From positions 1-64,000 of IMG/VR virus record IMGVR_UViG_3300031760_000033: DNA of 64,000 nt. One strand, 5' to 3'. Below, piece by piece: positions 1 through 9,974 of this stretch. The translations under genes were made by a program, and so were the position numbers. This stretch comes from a virus (Duplodnaviria; Caudoviricetes). Position 1 is the first letter of the stretch. Every line of letters starts with the position of its first letter. Under the pieces are notes generated by a model. The model ran no database searches, was not told the DNA's origin, and saw nothing but the letters and a program-made list of their open reading frames with translations.

Positions 1-43
1 CATTTGTGTGAAGTTTTTGTTAATAAAAAGGTGAATTAAACGG

Positions 44-352
44 TTATTCCTTTAATATCCAAAGGTTTAACAACTCTTTGATTTTGTGGATATGGCTGCT
101 ACCAATCAATCTGCCCTGTTCTATGCCGTTCTCGTAGAACACCAGCACAGGGTAGGCGTCGATATTCCTAGCATTGGAGAGTTCCCGGCTTTCTGTAAAA
201 TGGAAACCAAGAAGCGGGTAGTATTTCTCCACACTTTCGACGCATGTTCGGACGATTGAGCAATGCAGACAGTCCTCCTTGCCGAACATTACAACGGAGC
301 GGGCCTGATTTGCGGCCTCTCGCAGCTCCTCTCGCGTTTTTATCTCTTTCAT
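44..352 (-). CDS. Thioredoxin-like protein
   Basis: 102 aa; CxxC (KEDCLHC) followed by a thioredoxin-like AYPVLVFYENGIEQGRLIG segment. Confidence 0.7.
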   Translation of the reverse strand: MKEIKTREELREAANQARSVVMFGKEDCLHCSIVRTCVESVEKYYPLLGFHFTESRELSNARNIDAYPVLVFYENGIEQGRLIGSSHIHKIKELLNLWILKE

Positions 353-358
353 GGTAGA

Positions 359-1939
359 TTATTCGTCTTTGTTGTTTTTGTTCGATTTGGAGGCGTATTT
401 TGCATTTATGGCGCCGGTCTTTTCCAGCTTGTCAAGCTCCTTCTGAGCCAACTCCTCCTGCTCACGCTGGATGCGCTCGACTTCATCCGGGCGGCTGATA
501 GTGTTCGCTTCGACAGCGGTTCTCTGCGACAAGATGCCGCTAGTTTTCATGGTGGAGAGCATCTGGTTGTACTCAGCTTCGGAGAACGGCTGCCAGATGT
601 CAAAGCTGGCGTTGATTCTCATCTTGTCAAACTCGGTGATGGCATCGGGTTTGTAGAACGGGTCGTTGGGGTCTTTGTTTACCAACTCAACGGCGAGGCC
701 GCGCTTGAACAGGCGAACCATCTTATCGGCCACATTCTGCCACTCAACAATACCGTTTTTGGCAGTCTGAATATCCAGACTCTGAGTCATTTGGACCGCT
801 ACACCTGATGTATCACTTGAAGTATGGATGTCCTTCGGCAGGATAAAGGTCGTGCCACAGGCAATCTGGATTTGCGCGAAAATCTGGTCCAGAGTGTCGA
901 TGGAGTTCTGCGGCGAGGGAGGGTCGAGGAACTTGGCGTCGCCCTTACCCTCGTAGCTGGTGTCGTTTAGGACGATGTTGCCGGCGAGTTTCTTTGCTTT
1001 TTGGTCGATACGGCCCTTGACGTATAGGAGGCCCCAGCCAAACTTGTTTTGGAGTACCTTGAAGATATTGTCGAGTCTTTCGTAGCTCTCGATGAGGGTC
1101 TGGCCGTTGTCCCAAGCAACCTTGGTGCGCTTGGTGATGAGGGGAATCTCGCCAAACGGGTGTGGGATGACCTGCAACTCGTAGTCGCCGTTGTCGGACA
1201 CATACCGGATGCGGTACATATTGTAATCGTCCCAGCAGTCGATTAGTTCCTCGCCGTCGGACGATGTGTAGTACACCACCTCCAGCATACGGTCGCCATT
1301 CATGTCGTTGTGGGAGCAGATGACATAGCCATCCTCGTAGCTGATGAGCCTCGACTTGATTTCGCCGTGGCGGTCGATGTAGTACAACAGGCCGGCGTCG
1401 CCGAATGACTTGGCAGTAGCCACCATCTTGACCTTCATGCCGTCCTGATTGCGGAGGTCCCAGAAGTGCTTGAATGTAACAAAGTCCTCTTGAACACTCT
1501 CTGCCGGTTTCTTGTCGGACAAGGTAAATTTCATTGGAAGACAGGCCATGTGGAGAGTCTGCTTCTCCATAATGCACTGTTGGAACGGCTGTGCGGCCTT
1601 GACGAACTTGATTTCCACCACACCACCGTTCTCTGTGCGGACGCAGATGCTCGGAATGTTCTCGTCGAACAGGACATCGTGCATGTTGGGGTCAAGCTCG
1701 GCCATGTACTTGTCTTGGCTTATGACCTCTTTCTTGATGCACGACTGTCTGGCGGCAACTTTCGAGCCAAGGTGGACCGGCTTCTGGTTCTTGTAGGTTT
1801 GCTGGATTTTGCCTCCACGGGTAAACGGCTTTCGCCTGAGGAGTTTCTCACGGTCGGTGAGTAACGCCTTTACATCGTCGGCTGTCTTTGCAAGCAGCTC
1901 GTCGATTTGCTCCTGAGTTGTTTTATTGCTGGTTTCCAT
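359..1939 (-). CDS. Portal protein
   Basis: 526 aa, in operon with TerL; portal-like segments (HPFGEIPLI, IESYERLDN, central helical region, C-terminal coiled coil). Confidence 0.75.
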   Translation of the reverse strand: METSNKTTQEQIDELLAKTADDVKALLTDREKLLRRKPFTRGGKIQQTYKNQKPVHLGSKVAARQSCIKKEVISQDKYMAELDPNMHDVLFDENIPSICVRTENGGVVEIKFVKAAQPFQQCIMEKQTLHMACLPMKFTLSDKKPAESVQEDFVTFKHFWDLRNQDGMKVKMVATAKSFGDAGLLYYIDRHGEIKSRLISYEDGYVICSHNDMNGDRMLEVVYYTSSDGEELIDCWDDYNMYRIRYVSDNGDYELQVIPHPFGEIPLITKRTKVAWDNGQTLIESYERLDNIFKVLQNKFGWGLLYVKGRIDQKAKKLAGNIVLNDTSYEGKGDAKFLDPPSPQNSIDTLDQIFAQIQIACGTTFILPKDIHTSSDTSGVAVQMTQSLDIQTAKNGIVEWQNVADKMVRLFKRGLAVELVNKDPNDPFYKPDAITEFDKMRINASFDIWQPFSEAEYNQMLSTMKTSGILSQRTAVEANTISRPDEVERIQREQEELAQKELDKLEKTGAINAKYASKSNKNNKDE

Positions 1940-2468
1940 CGTTATTGGGTTTTTCGATTAAGTTAAACTTTTCCATTGCGGCTTCTTTGTCGAGCTGGTA
2001 GCACTCGTGTCTGGTGTGGGGGCAGATGAAATCGAATTTCTTTTCGACGATAATCATCCTGTTTCGCTTCGACGCCTCAACCTTGAACTTGTCGTTCAAC
2101 TTGGTGCGGATGTCAACGATTCTGGCATAACCGTCTTTCTTTTCGATAACGCCCTTCTCCATATCGCGCTCGATGTCGGCAATCATCTTCGTAAGAGCCG
2201 ATTTGTTTTCCTCGAAGGTGATGCTTCCGTCATCCTCATCGGTGCTTATGGCCCGGATGTAACCCTCTTCTGTCATATATTCTTCCAGCTTACTCCTCAA
2301 CTCGTCGTTGATATAGTCGCTGTACCCTTCTTGTGTGCCGAATAAGCACTGGTAGGCAGTCTTCGTGTCGGAGAACATCTTTGAAAGCAGGATGTATGCT
2401 ATGTCTCTGACACGGATGCCGTCAGTCTTAAAACGCTCAACTGTGTTTTTTATCTGTTCATTGTCCAT
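1923..2468 (-). CDS. Hypothetical protein, possible terminase small subunit
   Basis: 181-aa helical protein overlapping both TerL and portal; assignment is positional only. Confidence 0.35.
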   Translation of the reverse strand: MDNEQIKNTVERFKTDGIRVRDIAYILLSKMFSDTKTAYQCLFGTQEGYSDYINDELRSKLEEYMTEEGYIRAISTDEDDGSITFEENKSALTKMIADIERDMEKGVIEKKDGYARIVDIRTKLNDKFKVEASKRNRMIIVEKKFDFICPHTRHECYQLDKEAAMEKFNLIEKPNNDGNQQ

Positions 2469-4095
2469 AACTTATACCAAATTGAGTATCATCATATATA
2501 TCTATTCTGTTTCCTCTATCTATATCGTCCTGATAGTCTTCCATATCTTTGCGGCTGTTCTCCAGCTCGTAGCCGTCAGGGATGTCGAGCAGGGGGTACA
2601 TACGCATCGAGCACGGGTCCATCAGGTCCATCGAGCGGCCTCGACCGAGGAGTTTGTTCATTTCCTTTTTGGTCATAAGGCGCTTCTTTCCTGATTGAGC
2701 ATCGACGTAGCGGATGACGCGGGCTTCCTCGATAAATTCCTCCCGGACTGTGATGTCGGACTTGCGCTTCTCTGCCACGTTGGTGTATAGCTTTCTCGCC
2801 ACCTCTTCCGAGCATGAGATATATCCGTTCTTTATCAGGTATATCAGTTTCCCGTAACAACAGTCTTTCAGCTTCACATATTGCAGGGCATTGACTCCCA
2901 TCGGGGCTTTGTAGCTCTCGTATGGTATGGCCTCCGGGATGTAGTCGTTGATGTATCTGCCACGGATGCCGTCGAATATGATGTGAGAATAGCCGATGTT
3001 GTGTTTGTTGGCAAAAGCCTTCATTCTGTTGGCGTTGTCAACAGGCTTAGTGAACGGAGCTATGTCGATGTCGAAGATATGAAGGCCGTCCCAAGCCAGC
3101 TGGAGGAAGTTGTTGGTGCCAAAGTCTGCGAGGTCAGCCGTAATCCACTTGTCGCCGTTTCTCTGCGGGTCGTTCAGGAATACGCTCGAAGCCTCCTCGT
3201 AAGTAACCAGATTGTCTTCCTCGTCTTTGGAAGATACATTCCAGTTGCCCTCCAGCATTTTGGCAGCCTCTGCGCCGCCGGACATGGCGATGGCTCCGAT
3301 GTAGTCCGGGTTGTTTTCGAGCATATCAAGATTCTCGCTCATCCTGCCGAGGTAGAATACAAACGAGCGTATCATATGCGGCCACTTGTCGCGGCCCTTC
3401 ATAAATCCAAATATGCCGTCCAGCTGTTTGTCGATTGCGTACTTGCATTGCTCATAGACCTCTTCCTTGCTGTCGCCCCAGACAACCTCATCGACCGTTT
3501 TTCCGACGACATAGAAGTATCTGACAACGCCGTCGCGTTCAGGAATGATAAGGCCGTCCTCGCCGATGTACCAGTCGATAAACTTGCGAATCCAGCTTTC
3601 CCTCTCAGGGTTGGTGGTCGCGAGGCATTTGCCCGGAAATTTTGACTTACCACGGTTACGGGTAAGCAGAGTCTTGAAGGCATCCCAAGTGAAACCCGTC
3701 AATTCGTCAAAATATATCCAGTCGTACTGACTACTCTTGAAACGACGCAGGATGGCATCGACGCTCTGGTCTGCAAGATGAGCAAAGTCTATCCATGAGC
3801 CATACGGGGAAGTGAGTCGTGGCATTTCCGACATACGGAGGCTGGTCCACTCGCCGTACAATTCCTTGTTGAATGTGTCGATGACACCACCACCACGCTT
3901 CAAGTCGTCGATGTTGTTCTTGACGACAAGACCTCGCCAGTTCGGGTCGAGGATAGGTTCGGCTGTGGCGAGAGCGGCGCCGAATGTCTTACCGCCTCCA
4001 AGCATACCGCCGGAGAAGCAGACATTGACGTTTGTCCGGGCGAAAGCTCTCTGGAAACCCTCGTGTGGACGAATGATTATTTGCTCTTCTGCCAC
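2458..4095 (-). CDS. terL: Terminase large subunit
   Basis: Walker A GGMLGGGKT, Walker B YDWIYFDE, TTNP coupling motif, nuclease ADLADFG; start moved to GTG 4095 because the ORF-track start lies upstream of the promoter. Confidence 0.9.
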   Translation of the reverse strand: MAEEQIIIRPHEGFQRAFARTNVNVCFSGGMLGGGKTFGAALATAEPILDPNWRGLVVKNNIDDLKRGGGVIDTFNKELYGEWTSLRMSEMPRLTSPYGSWIDFAHLADQSVDAILRRFKSSQYDWIYFDELTGFTWDAFKTLLTRNRGKSKFPGKCLATTNPERESWIRKFIDWYIGEDGLIIPERDGVVRYFYVVGKTVDEVVWGDSKEEVYEQCKYAIDKQLDGIFGFMKGRDKWPHMIRSFVFYLGRMSENLDMLENNPDYIGAIAMSGGAEAAKMLEGNWNVSSKDEEDNLVTYEEASSVFLNDPQRNGDKWITADLADFGTNNFLQLAWDGLHIFDIDIAPFTKPVDNANRMKAFANKHNIGYSHIIFDGIRGRYINDYIPEAIPYESYKAPMGVNALQYVKLKDCCYGKLIYLIKNGYISCSEEVARKLYTNVAEKRKSDITVREEFIEEARVIRYVDAQSGKKRLMTKKEMNKLLGRGRSMDLMDPCSMRMYPLLDIPDGYELENSRKDMEDYQDDIDRGNRIDIYDDTQFGISYGQ

Positions 4096-4121
4096 CTTAA
4101 TTTCTATAATTAAATCCGGTG

Positions 4122-4129
4122 CAAAAGTA
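4122..4129 (-). promoter_or_regulatory. Bacteroidota -7 promoter element, packaging operon
   Basis: TACTTTTG on - strand in context TTCGTACTTTTGCACC; matches TAnnTTTG. Confidence 0.7.
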
Positions 4130-4313
4130 CGAACATTTTTCAAAATGACAAAAATTTTCTTCAAGTTGAGGTCGAAGTGATGTCGTTTATGATGTACAAA
4201 ATCAGAATTTTACAACTTTTTCATTAAAGTTAAACTTCAATTAAATCAATACTTTAACTGATGTCGCGTAACTTGTTGAAAAATATTTTTTGGATTGTTC
4301 AAAAAAAAGTTTG

Positions 4314-4321
4314 TATCTTTG
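4314..4321 (+). promoter_or_regulatory. Bacteroidota -7 promoter element, head/tail operon
   Basis: TATCTTTG 35 nt upstream of the 4356 ATG. Confidence 0.7.
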
Positions 4322-4355
4322 CCGCTCGAAAAGTATTCACTAAAATTAAATTCAC

Positions 4356-5069
4356 ATGAAATTCACCAAAGAACAAGCTATTGAAAGTATCACTAGCAAA
4401 TTCGCAGACAAGGCCAAAGGTATTGACCTTAAACGTACCATCGAGGAAGCAGTAAGCAACTGCATGGAAATGGTCGGCGAAAACAGTGAAATGGAGTTGG
4501 ATGCTTTCGTCGGATTTGTGGAGAAGAACGTGTCTTCTGCCCTCGGTTTCGCGAAGCATCTGAAAAAAACCGCAACAGAGTCCATGCAGGAGCAGCTTGC
4601 AGAACTGCAACGTAAACTCGACGGCAAGGAGCCTCCTAAGACTGACGACGACGACAAAACCATCAAGACAGACGACCCCGCATTGAAAGCAATGCAGGAT
4701 GAGATTGCCGAGATGAAAAAGAAGTTGGCCGCCAAGGATGCCGAGGAAGCCGTCACCGAGAAGCGTAAGCAGCTTGTCGCAAAGATGGGCGAAAGCATTA
4801 AGGACAAGGATTGGATTGAGGCTTACCTCTCCGAGATTAGCATTACCGCCGAAACCGATGTCGAGGCCAAGGCCAAAGACTATGTGGCTTTCTACAACAA
4901 GACCCACGCGAAAGGCGGCAAGGTTACTCCACAATCCACTGGAAGCGATGATGACGACAACTCCAATGTGAAGTCAACTGTGGCCGCTGCCGCCGCTATC
5001 AAAAGGAACATGTCAGGTCGCAGAGGCCCGGTGGAATCAACCACAGAAAAACAAGTAAAAACGACTTAA
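4356..5069 (+). CDS. Putative capsid scaffolding protein
   Basis: 237 aa, highly charged coiled coil, first gene of the head operon. Confidence 0.55.
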   Translation: MKFTKEQAIESITSKFADKAKGIDLKRTIEEAVSNCMEMVGENSEMELDAFVGFVEKNVSSALGFAKHLKKTATESMQEQLAELQRKLDGKEPPKTDDDDKTIKTDDPALKAMQDEIAEMKKKLAAKDAEEAVTEKRKQLVAKMGESIKDKDWIEAYLSEISITAETDVEAKAKDYVAFYNKTHAKGGKVTPQSTGSDDDDNSNVKSTVAAAAAIKRNMSGRRGPVESTTEKQVKTT

Positions 5070-5081
5070 ATTCAATTAACA

Positions 5082-5948
5082 ATGGCAGAAATCACTCCTA
5101 ACGGACATTTTCGTGGCCTCGGTCTCATCCAGAAAAAGGGTGACATCGGCGGTGCCCGTAATGTTTTCGTCAATCTGGTGGGAAACCATGACGATTTGGT
5201 TTACCCGCAGTTCGGTGGTAAGGTGATGAATCCTCCCAAGGGCCGCGCCAAGATGTTTGCCGGCGACCTTCTGGAGTATCGTCCCAAAGTTGGCAGCGAC
5301 AAGCTCGACCCGGAGATTTATATTCTCCGCACCTTTGAGGTTGCCGATGCTGTCAGTGCAGCCACCACGGTTTACATCAAGCGTGACGAGTTTCGTCACA
5401 AACCCTTCGTAGGCGATGTCCTGATGGTTGCCCCCGCCGTCATTGGTGGAACCGGCACAGCCGTCACTGTGACCGCCGTCAGCGCGACCTCCGCTACCAT
5501 TGGTGGTGTCTCCACCCCTGTTTGGCAGCTTACTATCAGCGCGTCTCTGACCATCGCCAAGGGCGCCATCATGGTCGAGGCTGAGGAGGCTGGTTCTGAC
5601 AAGAAAATGCTTGTCAAGGCTATCAACGGTGTGTTCGACTGCGACGCCGATTTCTTCGAGAACGAGAACATCGACGACATCGAAGTCACCCGCGACGGTG
5701 AGACCGGTGCTATCACCGCTGTCACCGATGCCGACTTCTACAAGGCCCGCTACCAGTACACCCCGGCTCTCGGTGGTCTGATGTGGATTCACAGGATGTC
5801 GCCGATACCTCAGTGCGTCCTCGACCTCAACATGTGCAACATTCCCGGAATGTATCACGTCAACTGGCAGCTCAACGGCAAGAAGGCTGCTTCTCTGGAT
5901 GCAGCTGTCAAAGCCCTTGACACCCGTGTAACCACTCTCGAAGGCTAA
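5082..5948 (+). CDS. Putative head decoration / head-fibre protein
   Basis: 288 aa, beta-rich, between scaffold and capsid; C-terminal heptad LDAAVKALDTRVTTLEG; strongly C-ending codons. Confidence 0.45.
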   Translation: MAEITPNGHFRGLGLIQKKGDIGGARNVFVNLVGNHDDLVYPQFGGKVMNPPKGRAKMFAGDLLEYRPKVGSDKLDPEIYILRTFEVADAVSAATTVYIKRDEFRHKPFVGDVLMVAPAVIGGTGTAVTVTAVSATSATIGGVSTPVWQLTISASLTIAKGAIMVEAEEAGSDKKMLVKAINGVFDCDADFFENENIDDIEVTRDGETGAITAVTDADFYKARYQYTPALGGLMWIHRMSPIPQCVLDLNMCNIPGMYHVNWQLNGKKAASLDAAVKALDTRVTTLEG

Positions 5949-5970
5949 TTAAAAAAGAAAGGAGATTACC

Positions 5971-7221
5971 ATGCACAAAAATCCTGATTTTTCCGAGTCT
6001 TCGTTCTTCCAAATCTGGAGTCCAGAAGGCCGTGTGGTTGTGACCGAAATCCTCAACAACCCTGACCTCATTGAAATCAACAATTTTGCCGCTTGGCGCG
6101 ACGACTTTGACATCGACCCCGAAATCACCGCCCATGACTCTAACGGCTTTGCCGTCGTTACCGCCATGATGCGTGAGGTCGAACATGGTGTCATGTCCGA
6201 CATGCGTGCTCCTCTGGGCGACTCCATGCCCGTCGAGCAGGGTAACGCCAAGAGCTACACGGTGCCTATCGCCCACTTCACGACCCGTCACTTCCACGAG
6301 ACCAAGGCCACGATGATGGATAAGAAGGCCCGCTACGAGGCTCTCCGCGACACCTACGGCGAGTACGACGCCCAGCTCATCGCCAGCTACGCTGACAAGG
6401 TGCAGGGCTTCATCGACGGCGCCAACATGACCCTGACCAACATGGGTGAGCAGCTGATGACCAACGGCTACGTCTTCTACGACAAGGGCGCTGGCATCCA
6501 CGCTGGCATCCACAAGGCCGACATCCCCGCCAAGAACTTCCTCGGCGCTTGCGTGTACAAGATGTCCGGCAGCTCGGAAGTCCAGACCACTTGGGCTGAC
6601 CTCGACTGCCTGTTCATCGAGTCCATGAACCGCCTCATCGAGCAGATTAACACTGTCCTCGGTAAGAACTGGAAGTGGCAGCTCGACCTACCGAAGGCCA
6701 TCTGGGACAACTACGTCAAGAAGAACAAGGAAGTTCTGCAAGTGATGGCTCAGAAAGCCAATCCTCTCATCCTCAGCACCGACCAGTTCAACTTTGCAAC
6801 TGCCGGCATGACTTTCGAGGATGCTGACATTCTGGCTATGCTGAACAGCCGCATCAAGAACTGCACCCTCTTCATCCACGACTCCGCTCAGTACGACGCC
6901 TTCGAGGGCATCGTCCACGGTTGGAAGACTGGTGTTGCCACCCTCCGTCCTCTGGGCCGCGCCGGTATGATTCGTCACACCGACATCATCGACGCTCAGT
7001 GGTTCGACGACAAGTATTCCAACCCCGCCATCAAGGACTTCTACGTCCCTGCTCTGATGGGTCTTGGCTACCTGAACAACACCATCTGGCCCAACGGTCG
7101 CGACCTCGAATACCGTACTCGTTACATCTATTCGAGCACTCCGTCGCTCGATGAGTTCCTGTTCCACTTCATCCTGAACACCGGCTCGGCCAGTGCTAAC
7201 GGAAACTGGTACACCAAGTAA
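5971..7221 (+). CDS. Major capsid protein
   Basis: 416 aa; size and position fit; most biased codon usage in the head module. Confidence 0.7.
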   Translation: MHKNPDFSESSFFQIWSPEGRVVVTEILNNPDLIEINNFAAWRDDFDIDPEITAHDSNGFAVVTAMMREVEHGVMSDMRAPLGDSMPVEQGNAKSYTVPIAHFTTRHFHETKATMMDKKARYEALRDTYGEYDAQLIASYADKVQGFIDGANMTLTNMGEQLMTNGYVFYDKGAGIHAGIHKADIPAKNFLGACVYKMSGSSEVQTTWADLDCLFIESMNRLIEQINTVLGKNWKWQLDLPKAIWDNYVKKNKEVLQVMAQKANPLILSTDQFNFATAGMTFEDADILAMLNSRIKNCTLFIHDSAQYDAFEGIVHGWKTGVATLRPLGRAGMIRHTDIIDAQWFDDKYSNPAIKDFYVPALMGLGYLNNTIWPNGRDLEYRTRYIYSSTPSLDEFLFHFILNTGSASANGNWYTK

Positions 7222-7244
7222 ACTCAAAAAAGGAATAGACGATT

Positions 7245-7616
7245 ATGGCTGCTATAGAGTTTGACATCTTACAGTACATGAGCGGTCTTACCGGCTTCAC
7301 CTTCGACAAGGCGGTGCTTACACGCATCGCCTTGGAGAGGGGAGTTGACCAAGTAACCGCCTATGCGCAACTGACGAAGCGTCAGCGCGACCTCATTACC
7401 GCAGACCTTCTGCTCACCGCCTATCTCTCGCCGACTGTCTGGGCCAGCTTTGACCAAGCACACGGCAGCTTCAAGAAAGGCGTTGGCTCCCAGACGATGT
7501 ACAACAAGGAGGAGATTTACAACTACTTGTATAACATCTACAGTCAGTATGAGGATGAAAAGCTCGAAGAGCTGCCTGACAACTCTGCACACGTTTTCTT
7601 CCGTAACGACATCTAA
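7245..7616 (+). CDS. Putative head-tail adaptor
   Basis: 123-aa helical protein directly after the capsid gene; synteny. Confidence 0.5.
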   Translation: MAAIEFDILQYMSGLTGFTFDKAVLTRIALERGVDQVTAYAQLTKRQRDLITADLLLTAYLSPTVWASFDQAHGSFKKGVGSQTMYNKEEIYNYLYNIYSQYEDEKLEELPDNSAHVFFRNDI

Positions 7617-7627
7617 CAAACAGAATC

Positions 7628-8032
7628 ATGGCATACATCGACAGGGACGAACTTCAAGACTTTCCTTTTACCGGCAAGTTCTACAAATCGGAGATAGACA
7701 AGACGAAGCCTTTGACCGAACAGGTCGAGACAGAGGTTACTATCGCCGAGGTAGTCTGCGATATTCAGGAGGAGTCAAATTTCCGCGCCACGGCGACCGC
7801 GAAAGCTGTCTATGGCGTGTACGTTCCTTTCGATAGCGACACCACGGAAATCCCGGTCCAGCGAGGACACATGTTCAAGGGCTACCAGTACGGGTTGCTT
7901 GTTTCCGGCAAGGTAATAGGCGTGTTCCCGTCTCAGCTGGGGCCTTTCGACAACTATACCGAGCGAGGGAGCGACGTGGTGCCGCACCGTTGCCGTGGTT
8001 ATCTTGCAAGAGTGGAGGCTACCGACGTATGA
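7628..8032 (+). CDS. Putative head closure protein
   Basis: 134 aa, beta-rich; synteny. Confidence 0.45.
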   Translation: MAYIDRDELQDFPFTGKFYKSEIDKTKPLTEQVETEVTIAEVVCDIQEESNFRATATAKAVYGVYVPFDSDTTEIPVQRGHMFKGYQYGLLVSGKVIGVFPSQLGPFDNYTERGSDVVPHRCRGYLARVEATDV

Positions 8033-8781
8033 GCAAGTATCAATATGGTGGTATCTATTGCTGCATACCTCTTGGGTATCTGTATGACGAGAGTTTGGTC
8101 TCGTCCGTCAGATGGCGTCTTCGCAAAACCCTAGGAGTTACAATCAAGGGCCTCACAAACGAGCAATTAAACAAACTTATTCGTGAAACGCTGGTTAAAT
8201 GGATAAGAGGGCTTATGTCTGGTAGTAAAATACCGAATTACGCCTCTTTGACAAAAGCGGCAGACCGGAGAGAGGAGAGGTTGATTGCAAAGCAGAACGC
8301 CTTGGTAAATCAAGGCAAAAATGATGCAGACATCAATACTCAAATCAACAAATCCATTGAAAGGTACGGGGAGTTGAGGTCGATAATCGAAGAGGTGAAT
8401 AACTCAATCGGATTCGGCATCTACCATAACAATCTCCTCCTTTCAAATTCTGTTGGTACGCCGGCGGCCCACAATGAATACGCCAGATTGGGGAATATCC
8501 GCGATTTCCTTTTGCACAACAAGAGTAAGTTGCCGATAGACCCGAAAGGATGGACTGTCGTTTTGGTCGTTGCTCACTATGCGGCGGCCCGTTTTGAAGC
8601 AAAAGGAGCTTATCCTGACAGGAGATACAAAGGTTTCAATAAGAGAGTTTTGTATGCGATGGTTTGGAATATAGCAAACGCATTGCGCGAAATGACAGGA
8701 AGAAAACACAGTGGCAATTTGAGATATGGATATATTCTTTCCAGAACTGGATATGAAGGTCAGATATTCAATGTAATATGA
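8029..8781 (+). CDS. Putative neck / tail completion protein
   Basis: ATGA overlaps with both neighbours; basic protein; synteny. Confidence 0.4.
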   Translation: MSKYQYGGIYCCIPLGYLYDESLVSSVRWRLRKTLGVTIKGLTNEQLNKLIRETLVKWIRGLMSGSKIPNYASLTKAADRREERLIAKQNALVNQGKNDADINTQINKSIERYGELRSIIEEVNNSIGFGIYHNNLLLSNSVGTPAAHNEYARLGNIRDFLLHNKSKLPIDPKGWTVVLVVAHYAAARFEAKGAYPDRRYKGFNKRVLYAMVWNIANALREMTGRKHSGNLRYGYILSRTGYEGQIFNVI

Positions 8782-9179
8782 GAGAGGTAAATAGATACGC
8801 AAACACATCAAAGGTCGAAGAGTACCTGTACAGCATCCTTTATAGTGCTGTGTCAGACCACGTTTTTGCAGGTACACTCCCTTCTTCAATAGGAGAGTCT
8901 TGGAACGATATGGTGCTCATTGACTGTGATATGCCGTTGAATGACAATGGGACGTATAGCTGGGGAACCGTGTACGTTATATTGTATGCGAGACCCAATG
9001 CAGACGGCTCAAAAAATGTTCCGGTAATGGCACAGTTAGAAACAAAACTATGTGATGTGCTTGATACCGCTCACAATGACCACTACTCCATAGAACGGAT
9101 TGCAAATGCCGCAGATTACGACAATAACATCGGATGGCATACCAATTTCGTCCATTTCAATTTGACAATCACAAAGTAA
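8778..9179 (+). CDS. Putative tail terminator protein
   Basis: 133 aa immediately before the tail tube gene; terminator-like size and C-terminal strand pattern. Confidence 0.5.
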   Translation: MREVNRYANTSKVEEYLYSILYSAVSDHVFAGTLPSSIGESWNDMVLIDCDMPLNDNGTYSWGTVYVILYARPNADGSKNVPVMAQLETKLCDVLDTAHNDHYSIERIANAADYDNNIGWHTNFVHFNLTITK

Positions 9180-9210
9180 ATTAACAACTTAAATACAGAA
9201 AGGATTAACA

Positions 9211-9888
9211 ATGAGTGCAACTCTTAAACACCTCAACACTGGTCAGCGTCGTTTTCAGGACGCCAAGGGTATGTTTGTTACCCCGTACACCGCCGAAGGT
9301 CTGCTCGGTGAGACCACCTACGACATCCATGACATCGTGGGTGATACCCTGAGTATCACTGCTGATGACCCCGACCGCACCGAAATCCCTTGGGAGTTTG
9401 GTGACACCGCCCTCGACGAGAACGTCAAGATGGGCAAGATGAACTTCACCTGCCAGTGCCTCGACTTCCAGAACGACATCATGCTGGCCCTCTTCGGCTG
9501 CAAGACTGTCAACGACGCCGTGGTGTTCCCGTCCGAGTACGAGGACCTCTACGTTATGATTCGCATCAAGTTCGACGACGTGGACCTCGTGCTGCCTTAC
9601 GTCAAGATGAACTCCAAGGCAACTCTGGAGAACATGCGTACCGACATCGCCCGTGGCGAACTCGCCGGCACCATCCTCTCGAAGGAAGTTGTCGTTGGTG
9701 CCCTTCCTAACGCTGGCGCCCAAGCCCCATCGACAGCCATTACCTATAGTGCCTCCAATGCCGCCGACACCCCGATGCTGTACCTCCCCAACGACAGCAC
9801 CAACGGCAAGGCCGCTTATGTTCCCGGCACCGGCTCGACGTCCAGCTCGACGGTCTATCTGACCGACGTCCACGCCGACGCAGCCTAG
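9211..9888 (+). CDS. Major tail (tube) protein
   Basis: 225 aa; synteny; highly biased codons; followed by a terminator. Confidence 0.65.
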   Translation: MSATLKHLNTGQRRFQDAKGMFVTPYTAEGLLGETTYDIHDIVGDTLSITADDPDRTEIPWEFGDTALDENVKMGKMNFTCQCLDFQNDIMLALFGCKTVNDAVVFPSEYEDLYVMIRIKFDDVDLVLPYVKMNSKATLENMRTDIARGELAGTILSKEVVVGALPNAGAQAPSTAITYSASNAADTPMLYLPNDSTNGKAAYVPGTGSTSSSTVYLTDVHADAA

Positions 9889-9919
9889 TCGTAGGTTGAC
9901 TTAACGTCTCATTATCAGG

Positions 9920-9957
9920 GAAAGGGAGAGGTCGAGTACCTTCTCCCTTTCTTTCTT
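9920..9957 (+). terminator. Rho-independent terminator
   Basis: GAAAGGGAGAGGT-CGAGT-ACCTTCTCCCTTTC stem-loop followed by a T-rich tract. Confidence 0.7.
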
Positions 9958-9974
9958 AAAAACAAACGAATATC

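Noticed and set aside
263-808. 181-aa + strand ORF over portal and thioredoxin
   Set aside because: Antisense to two well-supported genes
4096-4164. ORF-track N-terminal extension of TerL (similar cases at 36262-36306, 44346-44459, 42791-42844, 40967-41104)
   Set aside because: The extensions run through promoter boxes or tRNA-like elements; downstream starts fit better
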